Counted from the stretch's first letter, positions 50,847 to 62,518 are shown. The stretch: 64,000 nt of DNA from Phycisphaerae bacterium (GCA_963666835.2 CAXXGO010000007.1:32001-96000); one strand, 5' to 3'. The notes: a model not told the origin generated them from the letters alone. Numbers and translations: made by a program.

Positions 50847-51830
50847 ATGCGCGTACTTTCCGGAATTCAACCAAGCGGCAAGCTGCACCTGGGCAACTTC
50901 CTGGGGGCCATGAAGCAGCACATCGAGCTGCAGCACCAGCACGAGTGCTTCTTCTTTATTGCCAATTTTCATTCCCTCACGACGGTCCAGGATCCCGACC
51001 GGCTCCGAACGTTGACCAACGATGTGGCTCTCGACTACCTCGCTTTGGGTCTGGATCCGACCAAGGTGAACCTATTCCGCCAGAGCGATATTCCGGAGGT
51101 GACGGAACTGACTTGGCTGCTCGCCACGGTGACCGGAAAAGGGCTCCTGGATCGGGCGACGTCCTTCAAAGACAAGATCGCCCGGGGGATCCCGCCTTCG
51201 ATGGGGCTGTTCAGCTATCCGGTGCTCATGGCCGCCGACATCCTGATCTACCGCAGCGAGGTCGTTCCCGTAGGCAAGGACCAGTTGCAGCACATCGAGA
51301 TGACCCAGGACATGGCCGGGTACTTCAACAATACGTTCAAGTGCGAGGTCTTCACCCGTCCTGAGCCGAAGCTCAACGAGGCGTTCATCTGCCCGGGAAT
51401 CGACGGTCAGAAGATGTCCAAAAGCTATGGGAACGCCATCAACCTATTCGATCCGCCCAAGCCGACGCGTAAGCGGATCATGACTATCAAGACCGACAGC
51501 ACCCCGCTCGAGGACCCCAAAGACCCGGATACGTGCAACGTGTTTGCCCTGTATCAACTGCTGGCCAGCCCGGATGAGGTGGCCGCCATGCGCGAGCGGT
51601 ACTGTGCCGGGGGCATGGGCTACGGCGAAGCGAAGAAAAGGCTCGCGGACGTCGTCGAACGCCTTTTGGGGCCGGCGCGAGAGAAACGGGAGCAGCTCGT
51701 GGCGGATCCGGATTACGTTGAAGACGTCCTGGCCTCGGGAGCGAGCCGAGCCCGCAAGATCGCTCGGGAAGTAATGGCGGCCGCCCGGGAGGCTTGCGGA
51801 CTAACCACAGCAAAGGACACCCATCGTTGA
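50847..51830 (+). CDS. trpS: Tryptophanyl-tRNA synthetase
   Basis: SGIQPSG, HLGN, YPVLMAADIL, VPVGKDQ, KMSKS. Confidence 0.97.
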   Translation: MRVLSGIQPSGKLHLGNFLGAMKQHIELQHQHECFFFIANFHSLTTVQDPDRLRTLTNDVALDYLALGLDPTKVNLFRQSDIPEVTELTWLLATVTGKGLLDRATSFKDKIARGIPPSMGLFSYPVLMAADILIYRSEVVPVGKDQLQHIEMTQDMAGYFNNTFKCEVFTRPEPKLNEAFICPGIDGQKMSKSYGNAINLFDPPKPTRKRIMTIKTDSTPLEDPKDPDTCNVFALYQLLASPDEVAAMRERYCAGGMGYGEAKKRLADVVERLLGPAREKREQLVADPDYVEDVLASGASRARKIAREVMAAAREACGLTTAKDTHR

Positions 51831-52948
51831 CCGACTACAAGGTGGCTTTGGAGGTCTACAACGGTCCGATGGATCTGCTTCTCTTCCTGATCAAGCGGGA
51901 AGAGATCGACATCCACGATATTCCCATTGCGCGGATCACGTCGCAATACCTGGCTTATGTCGACCTTCTCCGGGAGCTTGATCCGGAGGTGGTCAGCGAA
52001 TTCGTAGTGCTCGCCGCGACTCTGATGGAAATCAAGTCGCGGGTGCTTCTTCCTCGCCCGCCGGTCGAGGAAGTAGAAGAGGAGATGGTCGATCCGCGGT
52101 TGGAACTGGTTCGCCAACTTCTGGAATACAAGAAATTCAAGGACGCGGCCCACTCTCTGGACGCGGCGGCCGAGGAGCGGGCTTTGAAGTTTGCCCGCCG
52201 GCCCGTCCGCCCGGAGCAGCCGGAGGACGAGGTCGAGCTGGAGAACATCGAAATCTGGGATCTGTTCGACGCGTTCAACCGGCTCCTGGAGCAAACCGGT
52301 AAGGCCCAGGCGGTCCACCGGGTCCAGGTCGACGATACCCCGATTGCCCTGCACGAAGAAGACATTCTTGATTCGATCGGGCGGGCCGGTGGGGCTCAGC
52401 CGTTTGAAGAGATCTTCGCCGGGCGGGGGCGCGGCGAGATGATCGGCCTGTTCCTCGCCCTGCTCGAGCTGGTGCGGCGGCAGCAGGTCCGCGTGAGCCA
52501 GGATTGCCCGTTCGGCAGAATCCTGATCCACCTGCGGGATCCGGATGACCCCAACGGGGAAGCCGCGCAAAACCTGTCCGATGAGTCGGCCGATCTCGAT
52601 AGCGCGGAGGCATCTTCCGAATCGCAGGATTCTGCTCCCGCAGCGCCGGACGCTTCAGACGAAGATGACCCGACTCCGCCCCTGCGGGACGTCGAGAGTC
52701 GGCCTCCCTTCGATGACAGACCGGAGCACGAGCAAACGAGTTTGCCCCTGGCGACTGCGGGTGAGGACCGGGCTTCGTCCGCGCCGGATTACGAACAGAT
52801 GCCGCCCGACGGGAACGAGCTGGACTTCACCGGGCAACCGAATCGTCCCGTCCCATCCGCGGGCGGTTTTTCAGTGGACGAACAAACGAGTTCGCCCGTG
52901 CCATTTGTTGACGGCAATGAACACCCTGGTATTGGAGCAGAGCAATGA
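51827..52948 (+). CDS. scpA: Segregation and condensation protein A with acidic C-terminal extension
   Basis: YNGPMDLLLFLI, IKSRVLLP, FLALLEL. Confidence 0.9.
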   Translation: MTDYKVALEVYNGPMDLLLFLIKREEIDIHDIPIARITSQYLAYVDLLRELDPEVVSEFVVLAATLMEIKSRVLLPRPPVEEVEEEMVDPRLELVRQLLEYKKFKDAAHSLDAAAEERALKFARRPVRPEQPEDEVELENIEIWDLFDAFNRLLEQTGKAQAVHRVQVDDTPIALHEEDILDSIGRAGGAQPFEEIFAGRGRGEMIGLFLALLELVRRQQVRVSQDCPFGRILIHLRDPDDPNGEAAQNLSDESADLDSAEASSESQDSAPAAPDASDEDDPTPPLRDVESRPPFDDRPEHEQTSLPLATAGEDRASSAPDYEQMPPDGNELDFTGQPNRPVPSAGGFSVDEQTSSPVPFVDGNEHPGIGAEQ

Positions 52949-53409
52949 CCCCTAGTGAACGCCTCAAGGCTCTCGATATGGAACTCCCGGCCGTGGCCAC
53001 GCCAGTGGGCAGCTACGTCCCGGCCACGCGCACCGGACATTACGTGTTTACGAGCGGGCAGCTCCCGTTTCGCGATGGTGCTTTAGTCTGTGCCGGGAAG
53101 CTCGGGGCGGACGTAAGCGTTGAAGACGCCGGCGCTGCCGCGGCGATTGCGGCTCTGAACGGGGTGGCCGCGGCCGCGCAAGTGGCTGGCGGTCTTGATC
53201 GAATCGCTCGAGTAATCCGCGTCGGCGTCTTCGTGCAGAGTGCCCCCGGGTTCAACGATCAGCCGAAGGTAGCCAACGGAGCGAGCGATCTTCTGGTCGG
53301 CATCTTCGGCGATGCGGGCAAACACGCCCGCGCCGCGGTCGGCGTCAACGAGCTGCCGTTGAATACAGCGGTGGAAGTCGAACTGCTGTTCGAGGTAACG
53401 GACGCCTAG
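52945..53409 (+). CDS. RidA/YjgF family protein
   Basis: FTSGQLP, VANGAS, HARAAVG, AVEVE. Confidence 0.92.
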   Translation: MTPSERLKALDMELPAVATPVGSYVPATRTGHYVFTSGQLPFRDGALVCAGKLGADVSVEDAGAAAAIAALNGVAAAAQVAGGLDRIARVIRVGVFVQSAPGFNDQPKVANGASDLLVGIFGDAGKHARAAVGVNELPLNTAVEVELLFEVTDA

Positions 53410-53927
53410 AAGCCGGTTGGACGGCGGGCTTTGTCTCCGCTCCGAACACGGAACGCAAACCGGCGGACTCGGTAGTAACCAGCATCGCATCAGATCGGGA
53501 AACGCCGGTCCGAGTGGCGTCGGCATGTACGGCGCGGGCATCCTGCCTGCCAAGATGATTGAGTAACGCAGGCATCCTGCCCACCGGAAGGGTGCCGCCC
53601 ACTGCCGGCGAGGGTAGGGCATGGTCGAGGTACGAGACCTGCCGCGGCCCTTGCGCGGCGCGCGCCATTGTGGCAACTGTCGCACCTCGACCGTGTCTAC
53701 GAGGCTACGCGAGCATCCCGACCTTCACCCCTGGCTTCACCGGGCAGCGTTAAGTTCCGATAACTTAACAGAGCCGCAACGTTAGGATTCGTGACCAAAT
53801 GGTGACGAAGTACCGGAGCGGTTGTGTTAAGATTACCGAGTAGCGCTCCCGACACCCAAGAGGTGCCACAGAGCCCAGGTGGAAGATAACTCGTTTCTTC
53901 GATAGTTGTAGCTGTAGGAGCATTCGG

Positions 53928-55205
53928 ATGCGCAGGACATCATTAGCCAGGCACCCGCAGCGGGGTCTGAGCGGCTTTCGCACGGTAGGCCTCGGGCTTC
54001 TGTGCGTGGCGTTATCTGCCGGGTTCGCCCTGGCTCAGTCGGGGCCGACCCCCTCCCCCAAGAAGGACAGTCCCAAAACCGAAGCCGGTGACAAGGCGGG
54101 CGAGGTCGACAAGAAAAGCGGCTTCAGCAAGACGTCTGCACCGCGCAAGAAGACCAAGAGTCGCCGTAATCCCAACTACAAGATGGACCCCAATGCCAAG
54201 TGGTCTTGCGAGAAGAGCATCATCGAGGAACCGCCCGTCTGGCGCAACTCGGGCAAGCTGACTTTCTCCTTCCACATTCGCAACGAAGGCACCGCTGACC
54301 TGCAGATTAAAGCAGCCGGTGGGTGAGGGACGAAATTCAACGGTCGGCCTGACCGTACGATTAAGCCGGGACAAGTTGAGGAACTCGCAGTGACCCTCAG
54401 TTGTCACAAACTTCGCAACAAGTTTACGAAGAACATCACCGTATACACGAATGACCCGACTCACAGTCTGGAGACTCTGGTCTGTAGAGGGGAGATTCTC
54501 GAAGGCGTGAAGTTCACGCCCAATCGGGTGAACTTCGGGTCGGTTTCACGGCTCGATAAAGCCCAAACCAAGACGATCACTATCACTCGTGGAGATGGAG
54601 CCCCACTCAAACCGAAACTGCACGAGACTAACAACAAGGCCGTCACGGCCGAGCTGAAGGAGATCACCCCCGGCGAACGCTATGAGATTGCGGTCACGGC
54701 AACTCCGCCCTTCACGGAGGACCAGTTGCGGACCAACATCAGATTCGATACCGGTGTCCCCGAGGTTCCCACCACCAATATCCCGATCATGGGGCGGATG
54801 AAACCTCTGGTGGAAGCCAAACCGAGACGTTTCGTGCTGGCGGATGACAAGCAGGGGGACTGGAAGGAGACCGTCGAACTGGTGTGGGACGCTGCCACGC
54901 CGGGCAAGATCATCGGCGCCGAGACGACGGACCCGGCCATGAGCGTCCAGGTTGACGATAAGGACGGGAAGCAGACGGTGACGCTGATGGTGCCGCGTAG
55001 CTTCGATCCACGGATCGGAGCCCAGGCGGTCACTCTCAAGATCGAGAGTAACGAAACTCCAACGGTGAAGATCCCCATTAGCGTGGCCTCCAAACCGCGG
55101 TCCGGTGCGGATTCGGGCCGAGCCGGGCGGAACTCCACCGGGCGCGCCAAAGCGCCGGCTCCGACGAGTGCTCATAAGGGAGGATCCCGGGGCGGACGCT
55201 GGTAG
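53928..55205 (+). CDS. DUF1573-like Ig-fold secreted protein with in-frame UGA (probable selenoprotein)
   Basis: ORFs 53928-54326 and 54390-55205 are in frame and separated only by TGA 54324-54326; read-through gives FHIRNEGTADLQIKAAGG-U-GT...IKPGQ...KNITVYTNDP. Confidence 0.7.
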
Positions 55206-55305
55206 GGGAACAACACGCCTGTTTCTATCCGTGCAAGGCCGGGCTAGCATGAGTTCCCCCGGCCTTTCTTTTCAGATTGTGCGGAGAGGGTCTCTGCCGT
55301 TGGGG

Positions 55306-56412
55306 TCAGGCCTTGCCCGGAACCGGAATGGACACGACGAAGCAGGCGCCTTTGTGTGGCTCGGAGGAGACGGCAATGCTGCCGCCGACGGTCTGCACCA
55401 GACCATGCGCAATCGCCAAACCCAACCCGGTGCCTTCGGCCGAACCGGCCGACGAGGATAGCGTGCTCTTCGTACTCCAGAACGGCTCGAACGCACGGGA
55501 GATGGCCGATTCGTCCATCCCAACTCCCGTGTCGCAGACCCGGGTAACCAGCCGGTCTCCTTCGAGGGATACCGCAACGGTCAGCTTCCCGCCGTTCGGC
55601 ATGGCCTCAACGGCGTTGCGAGCAATATTGTGCAGAGCCGTCTGCATTTGGACACGCGACGTCGGGATGATCGGAAGGCGGGGAATCTCCAGGACGAACT
55701 CGATATTGCGACCTTCGATCATCGCATCGATGTCGTCGGCCACGTTGTAGAGGATCTCCGTGAAGTCGCTCAGGTCCTCCGTGCGATGGTCGCCCTCCGC
55801 GAATGCCAGCAGGCCGTTTACCAAAGCCGTCGCCCGATGCAGGGCCTTGCCGGTCTGTTGAAGAACGCGGTTGGTGACCGACGGAATGTTGCTCGCAAGG
55901 GCGTAATCAACGCTGGTGATGACTCCGCCGAGGATGTTGTTGAAATGATGGGAAAGCGCCCCGGCCAGGGCTCCCAGGGAGGCCATCTTGCGGCTCTCGT
56001 TGACCTCGTTCTGCAGGTTGATCCGTTTGGTGATGTCCCGGATGCAAAGTGAGCTGCCCAGGCACGCGCCGGATTCCGATACCACCGGAGCAATATTCCC
56101 GGCCAGCTCGCGCGGGTGCCCGTCCTCGTCGCGGTGCTGAAACTCAATCATGAAGGTCGACCCGGTCATAATCGCCCGGCGGATTAGCTCTTCGGCGTTG
56201 GCCCGGCGGCCCTTCGGGATCACGGAGCTGACCGGCGTACCGATCATGCGGTCGGCAGCGGCTCCGAACATCCGGGCGGCGGCGGAGTTCCACGTTCGGA
56301 TGTTCAGATCGCGATCGGTGGCGATCAGCGCCACCCCGGCCGTCTCGCACAGTTGCCGGAAGAAAGCATCCCCGCAGAAGGGGTCGGCATCGTTGTGAGG
56401 CACACGACTCAC
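55306..56412 (-). CDS. PAS-domain sensor histidine kinase
   Basis: WNSAAARMFG (PAS), HHFNN, NAVEAM, DTGVG, GTGLGL. Confidence 0.93.
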   Translation of the reverse strand: MSRVPHNDADPFCGDAFFRQLCETAGVALIATDRDLNIRTWNSAAARMFGAAADRMIGTPVSSVIPKGRRANAEELIRRAIMTGSTFMIEFQHRDEDGHPRELAGNIAPVVSESGACLGSSLCIRDITKRINLQNEVNESRKMASLGALAGALSHHFNNILGGVITSVDYALASNIPSVTNRVLQQTGKALHRATALVNGLLAFAEGDHRTEDLSDFTEILYNVADDIDAMIEGRNIEFVLEIPRLPIIPTSRVQMQTALHNIARNAVEAMPNGGKLTVAVSLEGDRLVTRVCDTGVGMDESAISRAFEPFWSTKSTLSSSAGSAEGTGLGLAIAHGLVQTVGGSIAVSSEPHKGACFVVSIPVPGKA

Positions 56413-57308
56413 TCGGCTCTCCGCATGGATCCGGGTCGATGCTGTATTATCGGCGTAATGAAGTACATCTTCTCGTGTCGTTTCCCAAGATCCTCTTCCG
56501 AGAAGAAACGGCTCCCCACGAGGAACTCCTGGTCGATTTCCGCCCCGGCACCGATGAGTACAGACTCATGCGGGTTCAGGGCGAGTACCGTCCGCAGGCT
56601 GGAGAACACGTGACGCTCGTATTCCGGAACCTCCCGCAGGATCCCACCCTCGCGTTCCCAGGTCATTCTCCCGAGGTTATGGCGGATTTCCAGACTAATC
56701 TGCAGATCCACCCGACCGCCGAAGTCCGGATGGTAGGCGTATTCCACCGTAATCAGCTTGTCACCCGCGGTGAACGTCTTGCCCGCCAGGCGATCGCCCA
56801 CCCCGTAAGCGAAGATCGACTCGCGATCGCGAATCGTGCTGACCAGAAGGGCCAGCGGCAAGCCCGCTTGGGCCTGGACCCGGTCGCGATGCACCACGGC
56901 TTCGCCGGCGCTGAGGATCGTCTTGACCGCAGGCCAGGCGTCTTCCGTCACCGCCCCCATTCGAACCCCGTTGCGGGCCAGTCTGGAAACCAACTGAGGC
57001 TCGACCCGCAGCTCGTCGATGTGGTTCCAAATCTTGCGCGAGTGCTGGATTGTATCGGCCGGAAGCTCCACCCGAATGACGTCGAACAGAAGATCCACCA
57101 CCTGGATAGAGCCGGTGTGAGCGGGTAACGGCTCCGATTCTGATAAGGTCGCCGATTCAATCCGTGGTTGGGAATCTGCATCCGCCTCGTGGGGAGACGA
57201 ACCCGGTCCGCCCGGACCGGACCATAAGGCCGATGGGGCGCACCCCCCGAGCAAGGAAACGCCGATCAGAGCGGCCATCGCACGATAGTAGAATCGCCGA
57301 TCAATCAT
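56409..57308 (-). CDS. Hypothetical lipoprotein
   Basis: LLGGC lipobox; overlaps the kinase start. Confidence 0.65.
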   Translation of the reverse strand: MIDRRFYYRAMAALIGVSLLGGCAPSALWSGPGGPGSSPHEADADSQPRIESATLSESEPLPAHTGSIQVVDLLFDVIRVELPADTIQHSRKIWNHIDELRVEPQLVSRLARNGVRMGAVTEDAWPAVKTILSAGEAVVHRDRVQAQAGLPLALLVSTIRDRESIFAYGVGDRLAGKTFTAGDKLITVEYAYHPDFGGRVDLQISLEIRHNLGRMTWEREGGILREVPEYERHVFSSLRTVLALNPHESVLIGAGAEIDQEFLVGSRFFSEEDLGKRHEKMYFITPIIQHRPGSMRRAE

Positions 57309-57453
57309 GACGCCATGCCCCCGAACATCAGTTCCAGTATACGCCGGGTGCCGCCCGGCTAACAAGCGCCGCCGGAAAAGAAGGCGGCGTTTCAATACTG
57401 CCGAGGGGGTCAAGAACCCTCCGGTTGGGCAGACAGGCAGGCACAAGCCTCGA

Positions 57454-58608
57454 TCAGGACCCGAACTCACCCTTCTCGTACACGAAGCATACCCGGCCGT
57501 CTTCAGACAAGTACAGGGCGACAGCGGCGCCGTCATCGAGCGGGCGCAGCCAGGCCGGCGCCTGCTGCCCACGGTACTCGAGTGACAGGGCAATGGCGCC
57601 GGAATCGTCGGGCTCTGCGAGATCGCGGCCGACCGCCGCGGCGCTGGGGATCCTCAATTCCACAAAGCCGACCACGTTCGTGCGGATGTCGAGCAGGCCG
57701 ACCCGCGGGTCGGCGAGCGCATCCGACAGCGGGTCGGAGAAGCGTAGGGGCTGCAGTTGGGAGCGCAGCCGAAACCACACCCCGACCAACTCGCCGGCGG
57801 TCATCGCGGTTGCCCCGGTCAGGTCAAAGCGGTCGTGCGGTTGTCCGTCGAGGACCATCGACACCACCTCAGCCTCGTTGGGCAGCAGGAAGACGACGTC
57901 CACCGTTTCCCGAGAGTCGGGGGCGACCGAAAGCGAGTCTGTCGTCAAAGGAGTTAGCGGGTCGAAGTCCGTGAGAAAACTACCGAGCGGATCGAACAAC
58001 TGCCCGTCAACCAGAAGCTGCAAAGTCGGGTGGTTCGGCGGCTCTGCCTCCAGTACGATCTTCCGCGCGTCGCGACCTTTCCAAGTCAGCGCAACCGTCA
58101 GCACGGCGTAGCGCTGGTCGATCGGGGCGGCCATGAACATCCGGCGGACTCCGTCGGAGTCCCGGCGGTCGAGCAAAAAGACCTGCGATCGGACCGCAAC
58201 AGAGTGGATCCACCACGCACCGCCGGCGCTCGGAAAACGGGCCGGTCGGTCGTCATCCGAGGAACCCGCAACTGCCGTCTCGACCGGAACGGTTGGGGTC
58301 TCCGGCACGATTTCAGTTGGCGCCTCGTCGGATTCCGTCGGCTCCGAGGGTTGTTCAGCCTTAACCGGCTCCGCACCGACCGGGTCGGGTTCCGTCGCCG
58401 GGACCTTAGCCGTAGCGTCGACGATTGGTGAGCCGGAATCCGTAGACTCGCCCGGCGCGGGTATCGATACGCCGGCGGTCGGCAGTGCTGCTGAAACCAC
58501 GGTACGACGGGGAGCCCAAGCCACGACCGCAACCGTGGCGGCGGCGAGAATCGCCAGCGCTGCCAGGCACAGCCCGAGCGATACGCTGAATCGGCTATCG
58601 TGGTTCAT
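57454..58608 (-). CDS. Hypothetical membrane-anchored protein
   Basis: N-terminal TM, Pro/Glu-rich linker, globular C-terminus. Confidence 0.65.
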   Translation of the reverse strand: MNHDSRFSVSLGLCLAALAILAAATVAVVAWAPRRTVVSAALPTAGVSIPAPGESTDSGSPIVDATAKVPATEPDPVGAEPVKAEQPSEPTESDEAPTEIVPETPTVPVETAVAGSSDDDRPARFPSAGGAWWIHSVAVRSQVFLLDRRDSDGVRRMFMAAPIDQRYAVLTVALTWKGRDARKIVLEAEPPNHPTLQLLVDGQLFDPLGSFLTDFDPLTPLTTDSLSVAPDSRETVDVVFLLPNEAEVVSMVLDGQPHDRFDLTGATAMTAGELVGVWFRLRSQLQPLRFSDPLSDALADPRVGLLDIRTNVVGFVELRIPSAAAVGRDLAEPDDSGAIALSLEYRGQQAPAWLRPLDDGAAVALYLSEDGRVCFVYEKGEFGS

Positions 58609-58654
58609 GATCCTGCCGGCCTCCTCAATCGGCGGCATTCCTTCGGCCGAAAAG

Positions 58655-60301
58655 TCAGTGACAACGGGCGGCGATCGGCATTCGCCTCCCGGAACCGAAG
58701 GCGCGGCTGGTAACCTTCAAACCGACCGGGGCCTGTTTGCGCTTATACTCGTTGCGGTCCACCATCCGAACCACTTCCTCTACCGTCGCCCGATCAAACC
58801 CGCACCCGATGATATCATCAACGGACATGTCCTCCTCGACATAGTGCTCCAAAATGGCGTCGAGAATCTCGTAAGGAGGCAGCGAGTCCTGGTCGCACTG
58901 GCCCGCTCTCAACTCGGCGGAAGGCGGCTTGGTGAGCACGTTTTCAGGTATCCCGGGTCGCTTAGCCTCCGCGTTGAGATACCGTGACATTTCGTACACG
59001 ACGGTCTTCGGAACGTCGCTCAACACCGCCAACCCGCCGCACATATCTCCGTATAACGTGCAGTATCCGACGGCCAGCTCGCTCTTGTTCCCCGTGGTCA
59101 ACAGCAGCCAGCCGAACTTGTTCGACAGCGCCATCAAGATCGCCCCGCGGATGCGGGCCTGGATGTTCTCTTCGGCAATGCCCGGCGACTGGTCCTTGAA
59201 GTGGTCGGCGACCGCAATCTCCATCGATCTATGAACGTCTTCAATTGGAATAACCGAATACGCAATACCAAGATTGCTCGCCAGAGCTTCCGCGTCCGAC
59301 AGGCTGTGGTCACTGCTGAAACGTGACGGCATAGCGACACCGCATACACGGTCTGCTCCGACGGCCTCTACCGCCAGCGCCGCGGTCAGCGCCGAATCGA
59401 TACCGCCGGACAACCCGATAATCACCTTCTCGAAACCGCACTTGCGGATGTAGTCGCGGATTCCCAACACCACAGCCCGGCAGATCCCCGGAATCCGGTC
59501 CGGATAGGACTCTACCCGTCCGCCGGTTTCCAGATCGGCATAGAGCAAGTCTTCAGCGAATGCTTCGGTCCGAGCGATGACCTGACCTTTGCCATCCAGC
59601 ACCAGACCGGCCCCGTCGAAGATAAGGTCGTCGTTCCCGCCGACCTGATTGACATACACCAAAGGCGCGCCCTGTTCGCGGATCTGCTCCGCGAAGATGG
59701 CCTCCCGTTCGGCCTGCTTGCCGGCGACATACGGGGAAGAGGCGAGGTTGACGATAACTTCGGCCCCGGCAGCGGCGGTCTGCCGGATCGGGTCGAACCC
59801 GTATACGCGCCGCCCGATGAACTGCCGGTCGTTCCACAGGTCCTCGCAAATCGTCAAACCGAGTCGAATCGTCCCCGAGCCGCTGTCGATCTCGGTTACC
59901 AGCGGTCCCGATCCCGGGCTGAAATAGCGGGTTTCGTCAAACACGTCATACGTGGGCAACAGCCGCTTGGCGTACGAAGCGTGGATCTTGCCGTCCCGGC
60001 ATATCGCGGCCGAGTTGAAGATGCCCTTCCCCGCACCGCTTGGATCAGGCTGCACGTAGCCGACCATGGCCGTGATGCCGACGCACCGTTCGGCGATCTG
60101 TTCCATCGCGCGGACATTCCGCCGAATCAAATCCTGGCGGAGGAGAAGATCTTTCGGCGGGTACCCGAAAACCGCAAGCTCTGGGAAGACTACGAGGTTC
60201 GCCCCCTCGGCGCGAGCCTTCTCGATCCACTCGACGATCCGACTCTGATTGCCGTCGATATCGCCGACGGTCGGATTAACTTGGGCAAGTGCTATCTTCA
60301 T
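58655..60301 (-). CDS. nadE: Glutamine-dependent NAD+ synthetase
   Basis: Nitrilase domain FPEL, K, ICEDLW; SGGIDS, NIQARIR, TGNKSE, PSAELR. Confidence 0.96.
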   Translation of the reverse strand: MKIALAQVNPTVGDIDGNQSRIVEWIEKARAEGANLVVFPELAVFGYPPKDLLLRQDLIRRNVRAMEQIAERCVGITAMVGYVQPDPSGAGKGIFNSAAICRDGKIHASYAKRLLPTYDVFDETRYFSPGSGPLVTEIDSGSGTIRLGLTICEDLWNDRQFIGRRVYGFDPIRQTAAAGAEVIVNLASSPYVAGKQAEREAIFAEQIREQGAPLVYVNQVGGNDDLIFDGAGLVLDGKGQVIARTEAFAEDLLYADLETGGRVESYPDRIPGICRAVVLGIRDYIRKCGFEKVIIGLSGGIDSALTAALAVEAVGADRVCGVAMPSRFSSDHSLSDAEALASNLGIAYSVIPIEDVHRSMEIAVADHFKDQSPGIAEENIQARIRGAILMALSNKFGWLLLTTGNKSELAVGYCTLYGDMCGGLAVLSDVPKTVVYEMSRYLNAEAKRPGIPENVLTKPPSAELRAGQCDQDSLPPYEILDAILEHYVEEDMSVDDIIGCGFDRATVEEVVRMVDRNEYKRKQAPVGLKVTSRAFGSGRRMPIAARCH

Positions 60302-61296
60302 ACGGACTCCGCTTGGCGATACGTTGCCACACTCCGTCGGCGGATTGTAGATCGAAACCCAGCCCTACGCACGACGGTGTGAAAGACGCAAAGGTGTGCG
60401 CAAAAAAACAACGAGACCAGCGGGACTCCTCCGTGTTCGGGCCGGAGAGAGGAGGATGGTGGAAGAGCCTTTCTTCCGCTGATCCCGTTAATTCGTCGGC
60501 GGTGCCGGGAAGCTTTCTATGGTTCAACAGGCAACCAAGCCTATCGAATTATACCCATGGGTTTTCCCGACCGCTAGCCTGCAGGCTGGACAACCCGTGC
60601 CGGACGGTGACTCTGCCCTCACCTCTCATACTCAGAGCATCGCCCATAAGCGGCTGCCGCATAACCGCCGTGTGCTTCGTCGCCGGAAAGACTGAGCAAT
60701 CCGAATGCCACGAGCCGCATTGTAGCATAAACCGCTTGCCCAGACACCGCAAAAGTCGGCTATTATTTTCCGGGGCGGTGCCGTGCCAAACCCCATCGCC
60801 GACTCGTAACGCCGAGCCGCCCTAAAGCAATCGCCGGCTAGGTTCCTTCGTTATTATCAGACACTCTCACTGTAAGCATTCACCTTTTGCTGCCACCGTT
60901 AGCCGCTGTTCCTGACGAATCACTGGCCCGGCGTCGCCCGCTCGTGCCGGGAGGGTTCCCCGATGATTGGCTCCCGACAAGAAGTTACAGATTTTGAGCG
61001 TGCGGTGGATTCCGCTGGAGTCAGCACCGAGCCAATTGCCCGATTCGGCGTCGTCCGTACAGTTCGAAAGGTCCACGGACGGGCGTAACGCTGCGCTCTT
61101 GTCGGCGGGACATTCCAGTAAACGCGGGTCTGTCATCTGCACCGGGGCGGGCTTACTCCGACGCGAACAGACGCGCGTGCGTCCCGAGTTGTTGACGGTC
61201 CAGCGGTTTGCCGTGATCATCGTCTGGTGGACGGGTGAGTGTTCTAACCGGCACGGGTGTACTGGTTCGCCGGGTTTTTGGAGTTGAACGAAGACC

Positions 61297-61590
61297 ATGA
61301 GCAAGCTCCCTTTCGATCGCAAGATCTTCTGGACGACGTTCGGCGTCGTTATGGTCCTGCTCGTGGTGACCTTCTTCGTGCTCTTCAAGTTCACCACCTA
61401 CCAACTCACGAATGCAGACCTGTTCGGCTCTCTGATCGCCGCGACCATCTTCTCGTACCTGGTCCATCTCTGGATGCTGCCCGGGATGTACGACGACGAG
61501 GACTACTACGAAGAGGGCGAGGACGTCGGCGAAGATGCCCTGCAAGAAGACGTCGAAGACTCGCCCGAGGGTGAGCTGCCCGTCGAGTAA
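61297..61590 (+). CDS. Small two-TM protein with acidic tail
   Basis: Two hydrophobic helices, D/E-rich C-terminus, strong GC3 codon bias. Confidence 0.7.
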   Translation: MSKLPFDRKIFWTTFGVVMVLLVVTFFVLFKFTTYQLTNADLFGSLIAATIFSYLVHLWMLPGMYDDEDYYEEGEDVGEDALQEDVEDSPEGELPVE

Positions 61591-62249
61591 GTTCGCCCCG
61601 CACGCACCCAACGGAATGCGACCTCCCAGTGCGTCAGGCGGGCTATCGTTGTGTCATTCCTGGTTTTTCGGGTGTGCCACTACTCTTGAGCAGTGCAGAA
61701 TCGTCGTTGGACTATGACACCTAGTTGGCATCACTTGTAGGGCAGGTCGAGGCACGAGACCTGCCGCCCACAAACCCGTAGGCGTCGCGGTGCGTCGTGG
61801 CCGACCTGGTCAGTACGGCAAGCGTGAGCGACCCGCCCCTGACCGATACGCGGCTACTCGTTGGCGCTCCACCAAACGAAGACGTGCCGCCCGCAGGGGG
61901 CTTCGCGTGAAACGGCCGCACGATCCCCCAGGCTCACGCCTTGGGGCTAGAGGACCTGTCGCCCCAAGGGGCTTGGCTTACGGCACGGTCGAGGCACGAA
62001 ACCTGCCATCAAGGCCGCAATGGTTCGAGTCGTACGAAGATGTGCCACGCACGTGGCTTGCGGGACCAGCCCGCCAGGGCGACAGCTCTGCCTAGCCCGC
62101 GCGCGAGCCGCGGGATCGAGTCGCGAGTCGCCCCCAGCCCCGCCAGGGGCGGCACGTCGATACTCGAGAAGACGCCTGTGGTCGCCAACATGTCCCCCGT
62201 ATGATGTCCAATCACCGGTGTCCGATTCAAACAAAGATGATCCGCATGG

Positions 62250-62470
62250 CGCGGGTGCCCCATACATCCCGGCGTTTGTTGCGCTGGAACAGCCACGCCG
62301 GTTTCCCGCCGGGATGGGTGGGGGACGGACAAAGACCCGAAAGAAACTCGCCTTCAGGCAAGCCCCCACCCTTCGCCTGGTGCGTCGTGCGTGCGCCGCA
62401 ACTACAACCTGTATCCGACGCTCTTTCGCCGCTACGGGATAACCCAAGGCAAAGGATGAGGGCACCCGCG
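62250..62470. repeat. MITE-like repeat with 11-bp terminal inverted repeats
   Basis: CGCGGGTGCCC (62250-62260)/GGGCACCCGCG (62460-62470); internal similarity to 21313-21520 and 7762-7850. Confidence 0.75.
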
Positions 62471-62518
62471 CTGGGATCTGTGGAGGGGGTCCCGGGTAAC
62501 CGGGATTCCTACTCCGGC
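62469..62518 (+). mobile_element. 50-nt 3' remnant (half of DV plus DVI) of the group II intron
   Basis: CGCTGGGATCTGTGGAGGGGGTCCCGGGTAACCGGGATTCCTACTCCGGC matches the intron end at 12585-12634 except for one base. Confidence 0.88.

Noticed and set aside
60310..61290. ncRNA or CDS in the 1-kb gap after nadE
   Set aside because: A few hairpins, but no recognisable family, and the ORFs lack convincing composition; left unannotated
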